A DNA stretch of 63,365 nucleotides, the filler included, from Salisapilia sapeloensis CBS 127946 (taxonomy: Eukaryota > Protista > Oomycota): NCBI GenBank assembly GCA_023334545.1. It is 4 parts of 4 records of this genome, joined end to end, with 100 filler letters (N's around TTAATTAATTAA, not from the genome) between each part and the next. Parts side by side here need not be neighbours in the genome. Positions count along the whole stretch, not along the records: positions 1 to 26,983 come from JAADVB010000238.1; positions 27,084 to 51,786 come from JAADVB010000258.1; 2 more parts are not named here. One strand, written 5' to 3'. Below the pieces are notes generated by a model. It saw only the letters and a program-made list of their open reading frames with translations. It was not told the origin of the DNA and did no database searches. The position numbers and the translations under genes are program-made. How positions within the stretch are numbered: the stretch's first letter is position 1; each line of letters opens with the position of its first letter. Positions 22,474 to 32,665 of this stretch are shown in pieces.

Positions 22474-25356
22474 CTACGAGTTGTCATGCAGATTCAGCAG
22501 CGTTTTTTCAATGTCTTCAAAGCGCTCCGAGTGCGATCGGCCACGATGGAAGTAGCCCTGGATGCGCTGCTTCTCCTGCTCACTCAAGCCTTCCAGACAC
22601 TCTTTCAAGTGCGCTGGCGTCAAGTCCTTTCGCGTGATGATGCCTCGGACTTCATTCCGACGATTGAGCACCACGAGGTGTCGGAGTCCGAGCGACCGGA
22701 ACATCCGGAACGTACGAGGCACCGGAGTCTACATCCACATCAGCTACTTGCTATACTTGTTTACTGAAAAAGAAGTACCTGGTCCTGGACAGTATGCGGC
22801 GTCGGATTCATGTACGGCGTGACGTCCATCCAGAGGTTCCTCTCATCCTCGTCCAACTTGATTTCCCCAATCGTCGGGTATCGAGGATAGTTGCTCTCAA
22901 TGTCCCTAAACGACAGCGCGTACTACATACCATACCATCAGCCTCTGCCTCCTACTCATGCATCCAACATAACCTACCTGTTCATTATACAAGAGCGTCG
23001 TGTCCGTCGCCGGTTTACGTGTGAACGGCGCTGGTTCCTCGACGAAAAAGTCTTTCCGCTGCAACAAGACGCACAGGTGTCGGCGGTTGATGATACCGCA
23101 GAATTTCGGGTGCTTGCTTTTGATCATCGTCGGTCCGTCCGGTGTATTCACCACGCCACCCACCGTCTTGGCTGGCGTCACGACTGGGAAACCACCATGA
23201 TTACAGTTCTTCAGGATGTCGTAGATGTCGCCAGCCTTGGCGATCTGCGTGATGCACACCGGTGGCTTGTGCATAATGTGCTGCGCCCTGAGGTACCGTG
23301 CGTAGAAGGGCGGGTCGAACTCGAGGAACGGCCAGTGCCGCAAGTGGATATGGATGTCGTACAGACCTTCGTTGAAGCTGTTACCGACCCATCGCGCCGC
23401 CATGAGAGCCACCATGATAGGCAGACCCCACTCGATGACACCGGTGCACTCGAGGATGATGACCGTCAAGGAGATCGTCATGCGCGCCATGCCTCCGAGC
23501 ATACACGCAGCGCCGATGAGAGCAAACATACCGTCCGGGGCGCCTACGGGGAAGCCGAAGCGGTGCATGAAGAGCACACAAAGGCGCCCGTAGGCAGCTC
23601 CGGACAACAAACTTGGAACGAATAGTCCGGACGGCACGGCGATGCCATACGTCCAGCAAGCAAACATGTAGAACACACTAAAGAAAATTGCTAGAGACGA
23701 CGGCGTGAAGCTCGCGTCTCCCGTAAAGTGCAGTAGCTGTCGGATCGATGTCGAGTAGTTGACCGTGAAGAGCGAAGCGAGGTCGTTGTATTCTCCTTCA
23801 GGGCAGTAGAACGTCACGAGCTCGTCGCCGTAGACACCGTCGCGCTTGAGGCACTGGCCAAAGTAGTATGAGAGCCAGAAGCTGGCACTCGCCATGGCAC
23901 CAGCGATCAGCAAGGCTTCTCCGAACTTGAGCCAGCGGTTCGTGACGAAGCGCATGCGGAACTTGGTGAGGAGTGTGTTGGCGGCGTTGAAAATAGCGCC
24001 AAAGAGACCGCCGATCATACCCATGAGAATGAAGAGCGTCACGTCCAGCACTTCATACGATTTGGACCCGATGAACGGACCGAAGGAAAAGGTTCCCGTC
24101 TGCGTCCCGAGCGTCCCCCACGACGTCACGTCGCTATTGTCCGTCACCTTGGTGAACGAGATGAAGAAATTGAACACGAAAGCAGACACCATGGCACAAA
24201 AGAACGTCCGCCAGGTCAAGTTCTGATGCCAGAACGACGCGCCTTCTTCTAGCGTGAACAAGACACCGCCGATCGGAGCGCCAAAGGCAGCTGCGACGCC
24301 TGCCGCGGCGCCACAAGAGATAAAGTCCCGCTTCTCCTTGTCATTACGGAAACCCTTGAACTTGGTCCAGCTTGTGTCGACGCCAAAGCTCGAGGACTTG
24401 CCTTGCGACAGCCCTGCGCCGATGATGGCTCCGCTGTGAATCATCGGTCCTTCCTTTCCCACCGGCAGTCCGCCGGATACGGAGAAGAGAATGCCGAGCG
24501 CCTTGATGAGCAGCGTCTTGAGACGCACGACGCGGTGGATCTTGATGCCGTTGAGCGTCGCCTTGATCTCCGAGATGCCAGATCCGCCGGCAACTGGGCA
24601 TAGGATCGCCACCATGTACGCTGCGATAGTGACGAAGCCGACGCTAATGCTTAGGTAGACGACAAAGCCAGAGCCAAAGTAGCGATCTCCACTAACCTCA
24701 TCGCGAAGGTAGTTGTTGATTGTCTGGATACGGTAGCTGGAAAAGAGCTCTGTCATAAGGTCGATGAAGCACGCGACGAGTGCCGTCAGTAGACCGATGC
24801 TAAAGGTCATGACCCACCGACCGATCGCCATGGACCGCACAGCTTCCTCCGTCTGCTCATGGTCATGCTGCATATTCACACGGCTTTCAAAGAAATCATA
24901 ATCAAAGGACTCGAGATGCTGTGCTTTCGTCCGTTTATCCTTGTCTCCGTCCTTATCTCCGTCGGACGACTGACTCCCCTTGCGCCCATTCGCACCTGGA
25001 CGCAACCAGTCCATGATACTCGTCCCTTGCTGTCGACGCAGCGCTTCTTCGATCTCAAAGCGGGAGAAGCGCGTGCCAGAGTACAAGTCGTCCGGGAACG
25101 AATGCGTTCGCTGGACTCCGAGCCACTGATAGTATGCGTCTTCATCATTCTGACTCTTCTTCAGCCATGGCTTTTGAGTTATGCCGTTGCCATTCGTCGC
25201 ATGCTCGTCCTCCGTGAGCGAGAGCTGGACATGTCGATCCGAAGACGGCGGTGGCGACTGGGATAAACTACCCGTCTGACTACGTGGGTGGCTACTTCGA
25301 CCGCTGCTCGTTCGACTCAAGAGCGCGTCCGTCTCCGTAGCTTCGTGGTGGTCCAT
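22474..25356 (-). CDS. CLC-family Cl-/H+ antiporter (CLC-7/CLC-d-like) with two CBS domains
   Basis: GSGISE, GKEGP (gating Glu), LFTLEE (proton Glu) and PSGLFVP. Introns at 22923-22977 and ~22.73-22.78 kb lead to YPRYP...LWMDVTPYMNP and FRSLGLRHLVV. Confidence 0.95.
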
Positions 25357-26029
25357 TCGCCTCGATAGGAGCCGACCAGGTCCTTCGCTTTGATCTATTC
25401 GTAGAATCTGATGAGGCGCGGAAGAGACAAAGCTGTACCGGGCGTGTGCCGACACCCGACATTGGATCGACTGCTGCTATCTTTATGCTTTGGCTTGGAC
25501 CGGATGGCTGTGCGTTCATTTCTTCAGCTGGATTCAGGGAAGGAGATTGGTTGCATGCACGATCTGAAAGGTCGTGCTTAGCATGAACAAGAATAGCATA
25601 GCATTCGTGTCGATTCAGGTGTATCTATCGAGTTGATCAAGTTGATATTGACGTGGTGGTACCTCTGCTAGTTGTGTATTGCTGTCAAGTTTCTGAGATA
25701 TAAACTGAAGCATGTAACCGAAGTCATTGATGGCGATGTCTATTAGAGACGGCAATCTCCAAGACTTCCCCTTGGAATATGGACTATGTGGTAGATGACA
25801 TGATTAATACAATGTGGTATTTTCAATCCCGACAATGCATCTGCGTAGACTCTGTACGTCTTACAGAGCTGTAGCGCCTGAATGAGTTTGGATATGCTAT
25901 TGCGATCTTCAAGTACTAATTTTGTAGCGATTGCTTTAGACCTACGCCATGATCGAAAAAACAAAAGGCTCTCGTTTGAGTTTTCCTTTATCCGACGATT
26001 CATGGCCAACATTATCTCTGTTGATTAAC

Positions 26030-26202
26030 TTAGACCGTATTCGTTGAGCAGACAATTCGGTAGTATGCAAGGCATACAAGCCAATAGGAAAACAAGTACG
26101 GAGGAATTATTACAGGAATCAATGCTCAAGTCTTTGGCGATTCGTCCTGAGCTTACGTCGCTATTTACCTTTTTATTCCTATCCATGTATATCGTTCGCT
26201 CC
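26030..26202 (-). repeat. Dispersed repeat, copy B (inverted relative to 1-170)
   Basis: See copy A: ~80% identity over an ungapped 98-nt core. Confidence 0.85.
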
Positions 26203-26731
26203 TCAGTCAAGCTTTGGCGGGGCATAGTGTCGAGCGTATCATCGGAAGTCCTTCAGGTTGAAGTGTCATTCGATTTACTTACAATATTTAACTCTTCGTC
26301 ATTTCACTTGGATTCATAGTAGCGGCGCAAAGTTGGCTACATAGGAATGACCGAATATACCGAACGCAGGACTGGTGTGGAAGACGCGCAACATAAATGA
26401 TCTGGAAACGAGTCACGGCACAATTGGAAGCGACAGGACGTAGCACGCGATGGAACGGACAAGGCATGCTAGCAGCAGCAAGCTATCGTGACGTAACTTG
26501 GGCAATACGACAAGAACCGTTTGCAGGTTTCAGGGAGGAAACAATGTAGCGAACGGATGATCTAGCACCTACTGTCGACTAGGCAGGAGAGTCCAACATG
26601 GATTCCAAAGATAAATTTTAATAAAAATGAATCTTTGAAAAAAGCCATTTCACTGGGACAGACTACAGTGCGAGTCGTAGATATCAACCAATTATTCCGT
26701 CTATCACTGTACGATACCTGTTTCGAAATAA

Positions 26732-26978
26732 TAGGGGGTGTCAAACCTGACAAAAAGTGCCTTATTTTTCTTAAATAAGATTCTTATCTTTCGGCTCTAC
26801 TGATCTTATTTCCAAAATAAAACAAACCACCTCAGGAGGTGATTTATCCTTTTTGGAGCGTGACTGATTCATGAGCGTTCGAAATAAAGCTTCCGATTAT
26901 TTTAGAAGTTATGGACAATTATTTGGCAATCAGACACCTCATTATATTTTGCAATTTTGACAGGTTTGACACGCCCTA
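26732..26978. mobile_element. MITE-like non-autonomous DNA transposon (247 bp)
   Basis: Left end TAGGGGGTGTCAAACCTGACAAAA; right-end reverse complement TAGGGCGTGTCAAACCTGTCAAAA (22/24 identical). AT-rich non-coding interior. The element ends 5 nt before a contig end. Confidence 0.8.
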
Positions 26979-26983
26979 ATAAC

Positions 26984-27083
26984 NNNNNNNNNNNNNNNNN
27001 NNNNNNNNNNNNNNNNNNNNNNNNNNNTTAATTAATTAANNNNNNNNNNNNNNNNNNNNNNNNNNNNNNNNNNNNNNNNNNNN
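26984..27083. other. Artificial contig linker (44 N + TTAATTAATTAA + 44 N)
   Basis: Identical structure at three positions; the 12-mer provides stop codons in all six frames. Confidence 0.97.
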
Positions 27084-27369
27084 CCGGCGTGTAGACAAGC
27101 CGCCGATCGGCCGTGCGCCTGTAGTCGCGTAACATGAATAAAACAGCTTAAGACGAACCGATCTCTCGTGTTAACTAGATACAACGCTCCTTCCGCCAGA
27201 CCATGTGCATCGGTATGGAAGTTGTGTTGGAATTGCTGAAGAGAAGAAGAGCTTGTGGTGACATAATTGATTTGATATTCATTTGTGATGGAATTAAAAA
27301 CCGAAGCAAAATGGTTTGCTGTAGGACGGTAGAGCAGAGCTGTCCCTGCCATGTTGGCGACTGAGGAGC

Positions 27370-30300
27370 TTAGGTAGTTTGGTTCCAATGAGCAGCGCAC
27401 ATCCATCGTGTTCTGGCGAGCCTGGTGGCATTTGTACCTTGCACTTTGATGCGTTGCAACTGGCCGAAGCTGTCTTCAGTACTTAGTTGCGTAGTCAACT
27501 GTCTTACGACGTCGATTTGAGATGCAGTTTGGGAAGGCTCTGTGTTGGTGTTACGAAGCTCTTGGGTGATGTGGACGACTTCAAGAAGGCTTTGCACATG
27601 CCTTCTCTTCTCCTTACTAAACGCAAGGCATTTGATTTCATCCAGCACCTGATTCGCTAGATCCGAATCGCCTTTCGATATCATTTCTTCCAACGGAGCG
27701 AGTCTTGCCTGTGCGAGTGAGCTTACTGGTGCCAACTTTAGTCGTTCAATGGCATCATAGAAAGCCTCCAACGTCCTCCATTGCACTTGTCCTAAGCCAC
27801 TGAGTTCGCCAACAGTCTTCCCAGTCAAAGTAGCCTTAGCCCCGAGAAACAGTTTCGCCTCCTGGACAAGAGGCTTCACGAGCGAGAACAGTCTAAACGG
27901 AATGGCAAAGCCTGTGTAACTCGAGCTCGACAGAGCACTGGTGCACGGACTAGCAGTTCCGTATTGACCGGTATGCTCGCATACAAAGTGGAGCGGGAAT
28001 CGGCCATTTTCGGTATCCTGCACTAAGGTCGAGGATGACAGGATGGTTACCCACTCTTCCGTCGATCGCTCGTCCTCTAGAGAGTACTCTTGAGGAGGAA
28101 AGATGAGCCATAGACTGGGTGGCATCCGACATCCACGACGTGTCGAGCGCGGTTGTTGACGAGTGGACGTGAGATCGCAGCTTGACACAGTGCTGCATGT
28201 ATCCGATCGTTCTTTCGTCCGCTTACGCAAGGGTGCGAAGATGGGCAGTCGCAGCAGCTCGTCGATCGTAGGCCGCTCCAAAGGGCAGGACGCCAAGCAT
28301 AGTCTCGCCAGCTCCTTTATCTCTCCGTCGTCCAGTTGTCTGTTGATCCAGTCTTCCAGCGAGAAGCTATCTAGGTTAGCGAGGCGGTCCAGTGCCACCT
28401 TGACCGTAAAGTCTTTCGCAAGGTCATTCACGAGCGAGACTCTATATCCAGCATAAATCTGCAAAATGGCCATACCAAAGCTCCAGATGTCTAGGGAAGA
28501 GGATGCTCGCAGCTTATCCCGCTTCCCCATGGCAAGTTGAGCTAGCTCTGGGGCCATCCAGTGGATACTTTCCACAAGCAGCTTGTCACAAGCGGAGCGA
28601 TGGAGGTGACTGTCGGTGGATGCAGCTTGCTCCAAACAGCCAAAGAGAATGGATATACTAGTCTCTCCATCGTGTGATTCGGACTCGCGGACGAACATGT
28701 TGTTTTCGTTCATGCCTCCGTGGACTATGTGGAGGCTTTCGAACCTCTCGAGAGCCCGAAGGAGAGCGTGCACTAGTTGAAGTCGAGGAATGGTACCCTC
28801 ATTCTCCTCTATCCATTGCACGAGTGGAACGGCGTCGCTAGGAGGTGCTTCCATGACGAGTACGCCGCATTGGACGCCATCAGCTAGTGTAATTTCCATT
28901 GCGGTTTCCACAAGAGGACAGGCTAGTACTTCTTTTGCTAATATAGACCTTAAGGACGTCGATCTTTCACTTCTGGTTGTCTGTAGCGTCTGAAGAGCTT
29001 GGTACTCCTCCATCATGACAGTCATCCCTTTCGCAGGGAAGAACTTTAGGATTAGATTCAGCATCACGCCGCTCGCTTCATCCACTTGTTTGCACTTCAT
29101 TCGGATGCCGTGCGTCGTGTCTATCAGCGCTCCATCGCACATGTACGTATGGTCGCCAATCTGCATACAAGCACTCTCCTTTCCACTCTCTTGCATCTGT
29201 ATGAGCACTTCTTTCAATCGGTCTCGACCCGTGTCGGATTCCATCTCCCCTCCTTCTTCCTCTGAGTACGCATGCATCGACTCTTGGGAGCTATAGGCCC
29301 ACTGGAAGACCGTAGAGCTTGGTTGGACGGAACTCTTGGCCTGAGGAGAAACCAACGTAGAGAACTTGCCTCGACTATCTCCACGCTTGCACGCGTGGTC
29401 AGTAGACAGTTTCATTGAAAAGCTGTCTCCGTTTTGATGCTGAGACTCCATCACACTGCAGTAGGTCGTTTCTCTCGTGTGATCTAGCGTCGTGTCGGCA
29501 GATCGGAAAAAGGGTCCAGAGTCCATGGATCCACTGCGCATGACGACGGAGCCGTCGCCAATGGTCGTCGTCCCCATGGTCGAATTCTCATAGCGATCGC
29601 CCTTCCGAACTCTGTCCGGACGGTCGAAGCTCGTGAGTCCATTGAAGTCTGAACACGCTCCTACTTCTACTGCATGCCTCTTCTTTTTCCTCTGGAAGAA
29701 GAAGCACCCAACAATAGAAACGATGACAGCCAGCCCGATGATCGTCACGATTGTGATGATGGTACTTCCAGCGAAATTATCGGACAAGCCAAGATTAGCT
29801 ATGCCACTCTCAGAGGCAGAGCTAAAGGAGGCGTCGTTAAGGTCCCCAATGGCATCTTGTTTGTGTATGGAAGATCGATTTTCCTTTTCCACACTTGAAT
29901 CTGTGCTACTATCCGATGAATTGTAGAGCAAGTGCTGCATATTGCTCATGTCAGATGCGTCCTGGACACATACGTTGATGCTTTTGCTTCCGTACGGCAG
30001 CTGGACAACCTGTCCTAATCGACACGATGGCTCTTTACTTCCAAACTCATCATCCGTTATGAGTATCCCATCGTTGATCCAGTGAGACAGCCACCACAAA
30101 TCTCCATTGTCACGAACTGTCACTTCCTCTAGACGATTCTGTGTGAGGTTTAATATCGTGAGGGTCTCGGCTAGCGCAAAGGATACGAGTGGAATACTCG
30201 TCAGGTTGTTTTGGCTTAAATCCAACTTTTCAATCGGCGAGAGAGAAGCACTTGATCCATCGCGAATACCAATGTTTAGGTTCTCTAGACCGACGTTGGA

Positions 30301-30840
30301 TAGCTTCAATTCTTGCAGCGATGATGGCAGCACGAGTGTCGTGTTTGGGAAATAAAATGGAACACTAGAAACCTCCAGGCTGCGAAGAACGGCAAGTTGA
30401 GCAAAAGCTTCCGTCTTTATGTACACTGGCTGATCAATGGCGTAGTTGGCTTGGGATTGAATGGATCTACAGAGCGACAACGTTAGTACAGCAATATGGG
30501 GAAATAGAGCATGTATGTTGACAGCAACGTACAGTGACGTGACTTCAGCACTGTAGAGATCACCGATGATATTGAGAGGTGAAGGAAGAGCTATATGAGT
30601 AGGTGACGCCATGGAGTTGAATGGTGGCATCGGACGCACACTGTTGCCTGCAGTCAAAGTCAACTCATATAGACTGTGCGTCGGGAACGAAGTGGACTTT
30701 TTGCTTGAAGCACACACCACTCGCCATTCTTTCTCGGTCCAACTTTCCAGTGCATAGTGGGAACTACATGGACTTGCGCACATACATGGTCGCGCGAGCA
30801 AGAGAAGACAAAAAGCCAACTTCCAAGCCGACTTATTCAT
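27370..30840 (-). CDS. LRR receptor-like protein: signal peptide, LRRs, TM helix, degenerate kinase domain, extra C-terminal domain
   Basis: Likely start MNKSAWKLAFCLLLLARPCMCA (ATG at 30840). LRRs LQELKLSNVGL, IEKLDLSQNNLTSIP and LTILNLTQNRL. TM segment IITIVTIIGLAVIVSIVGCFFF followed by RKKKR. Kinase C-lobe motifs HWMAPE and DIWSFG. Probable in-frame intron 30467-30532. Confidence 0.8.
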   Translation of the reverse strand: MNKSAWKLAFCLLLLARPCMCASPCSSHYALESWTEKEWRVVCASSKKSTSFPTHSLYELTLTAGNSVRPMPPFNSMASPTHIALPSPLNIIGDLYSAEVTSLYVAVNIHALFPHIAVLTLSLCRSIQSQANYAIDQPVYIKTEAFAQLAVLRSLEVSSVPFYFPNTTLVLPSSLQELKLSNVGLENLNIGIRDGSSASLSPIEKLDLSQNNLTSIPLVSFALAETLTILNLTQNRLEEVTVRDNGDLWWLSHWINDGILITDDEFGSKEPSCRLGQVVQLPYGSKSINVCVQDASDMSNMQHLLYNSSDSSTDSSVEKENRSSIHKQDAIGDLNDASFSSASESGIANLGLSDNFAGSTIITIVTIIGLAVIVSIVGCFFFQRKKKRHAVEVGACSDFNGLTSFDRPDRVRKGDRYENSTMGTTTIGDGSVVMRSGSMDSGPFFRSADTTLDHTRETTYCSVMESQHQNGDSFSMKLSTDHACKRGDSRGKFSTLVSPQAKSSVQPSSTVFQWAYSSQESMHAYSEEEGGEMESDTGRDRLKEVLIQMQESGKESACMQIGDHTYMCDGALIDTTHGIRMKCKQVDEASGVMLNLILKFFPAKGMTVMMEEYQALQTLQTTRSERSTSLRSILAKEVLACPLVETAMEITLADGVQCGVLVMEAPPSDAVPLVQWIEENEGTIPRLQLVHALLRALERFESLHIVHGGMNENNMFVRESESHDGETSISILFGCLEQAASTDSHLHRSACDKLLVESIHWMAPELAQLAMGKRDKLRASSSLDIWSFGMAILQIYAGYRVSLVNDLAKDFTVKVALDRLANLDSFSLEDWINRQLDDGEIKELARLCLASCPLERPTIDELLRLPIFAPLRKRTKERSDTCSTVSSCDLTSTRQQPRSTRRGCRMPPSLWLIFPPQEYSLEDERSTEEWVTILSSSTLVQDTENGRFPLHFVCEHTGQYGTASPCTSALSSSSYTGFAIPFRLFSLVKPLVQEAKLFLGAKATLTGKTVGELSGLGQVQWRTLEAFYDAIERLKLAPVSSLAQARLAPLEEMISKGDSDLANQVLDEIKCLAFSKEKRRHVQSLLEVVHITQELRNTNTEPSQTASQIDVVRQLTTQLSTEDSFGQLQRIKVQGTNATRLARTRWMCAAHWNQTT

Positions 30841-31351
30841 CAGGACGGATAGGAAGCTAACTGCACCGATGCCGGCAAGAAGACAAGTAAAGTTCAGCTT
30901 CAAGTGCAGGTCAAAGGAGCTTCTAGATGACAGAAAGACGAAGTGGAAATCGCTTTCTCTGAACGAGTCCAAGATCTCGAGAGCTAGAGCTTCTGGAAAA
31001 GGCGAATGTCGACGCCAGCTTTCTAGACAGGCTGGGAGCGGCTCGAAATCCTGTAAATAAATTAGGCTGCACGAAGTGCATTTCTTCTGCCGCGTCCACG
31101 AGCAGGCGCATCGGAAAGCAAGCACTTCGGACGGAAGATCAGTCGGCAAAGGGTCGAGGTCGGAGAGGCAGTTTCTAAATCATCGAAGGTTTGCATCGGA
31201 CCTCTAGTGTCTTGAAGACAAGCACGAGTGGACATGCCGTTGCGCGATCGAAGAGCCGCAGCCTTCGCAGGCAGGCGTTACTGCATCTCTCCATCTCTTT
31301 TTAAATTCTTTTTCTTTTCTTAGCGGCACGAAACCGGACAAGAAGATAAAA

Positions 31352-32483
31352 ATGGTCGAAATCTCCGAGGAAGAGCTCTCTCGCCGCTGCTGCGTCTGCG
31401 GGACGGCAGCTGACGATGATGCGAATATCGTCAACACCAAGATGAAGATGCTCATCTCGAAATGCGGCCATCGAATGTACGTTTGCGTCAAGTATGCATC
31501 CGATTTGACAGGATACAAATGACGGTGCGGTAGGTGTGATCATTGCATCAAGCGAGAGTTTGCCCACCAGCGGGAAATTCAATGTCCTGCTTGTGGAAAA
31601 GGTATCAAAAAGTCCCAGCTGCAGGACAAGACGATCGAGGAGCTGAACTTTGCCAAGGAGACATCCGTTCGAAAGCGCGTCATGAAAGAGTATGCTGGCT
31701 GATAGTTACGGGATGTTGTGCATACATGTATTCACTGAAATCTTTGTGGTGTAGCTACAACAAGACAGAAGAAGACTTCAATTCACTTGACGAATACAAC
31801 GACTACCTCGAGACGGTCGAAAATCTAAGTACGCACAGCCTATTATCATACATGTTCTATTCAAAGATATCTTACTTCTGGTATTTTGCCTCCTAGTATT
31901 TGATCTCGTCTACGGCGATGAAGCAGACAAAGCTGCGGCGAACAAACAGTGGAAGCAATATCGACTGGAGAACGCTGTGAACATCGCCTCGAATGATGCT
32001 AGGAAAGCAGATGAGGAGCGTCGCGTCACTCAACTTTTGCAGGAGCAGGCTCGTGCTGCAGAGGAGCGCAGGGTGCTTCAGCAGCAAGAGGACTCTCGCT
32101 TCGAAGCAGATCAAAAGCTCCAGAAAGCTCAATTAATGGAAGTGGCTCTTGGTGAGCGAGAGGCAAAGGACGTCGCTGCCCTTCGGTCCACGACGACAGC
32201 TGTGCCAATCGACCAGCCTGTGACGGCGGAAATGGAGGCAGCGATGATGGGCTTCCAACCAGGAGCGAACGGAGGACCCCAGCCTGTTCCAGTGTCTGGA
32301 GGCAAGCGAGGTCAGTCCTTTGCCGTCACACCAGAGCAACGGAAGGAGCAGCAAAAGGCCGGTGGATACGACCCAGAGCTTCCATTCCGACGGAATCGGG
32401 AGGAGGCATGGATGGGACTTTTATTCCAGCCAATAGACAGGAAGACAGACGTGGGTCCGCAACCCATGGAAGTCGAGTCGTAG
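31352..32483 (+). CDS. MNAT1: CDK-activating kinase assembly factor MAT1 (RING; multi-exon)
   Basis: CCVC...KCGHR..CDHCIKREF...CPAC RING; KETSVRKRV; YNKTEEDFNSLDEYNDYLETVE. Confidence 0.92.
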
Positions 32484-32665
32484 CTCTCATGCCTCGCATG
32501 GACGTGCCATATATTTTACCAATACTCGACTTTGTTTTCGGTAATTTACGCCTTTTGTTGTTTTTTCTTGATATTTTATCATTGATTGTATCGGTCGGAT
32601 TTAATGCTGGCAGAAATTTATGTAAGTAGTGCGAAACTAAAAGACACACAAGCAAAGAAGTGAAT

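Noticed and set aside
22891-23625. 244-aa antisense ORF over the CLC gene
   Set aside because: Shadow of a conserved coding strand.
25743-26012. ORF containing YADALSG, reminiscent of the retroelement RNase H ADALS motif
   Set aside because: No other RT, RNase H or integrase motifs nearby; the match is too short.
27084-27352. Possible 5' end of a gene (MAGTALLYRP...) running into the linker
   Set aside because: Only ~89 codons visible with no recognisable motif; cannot be supported.
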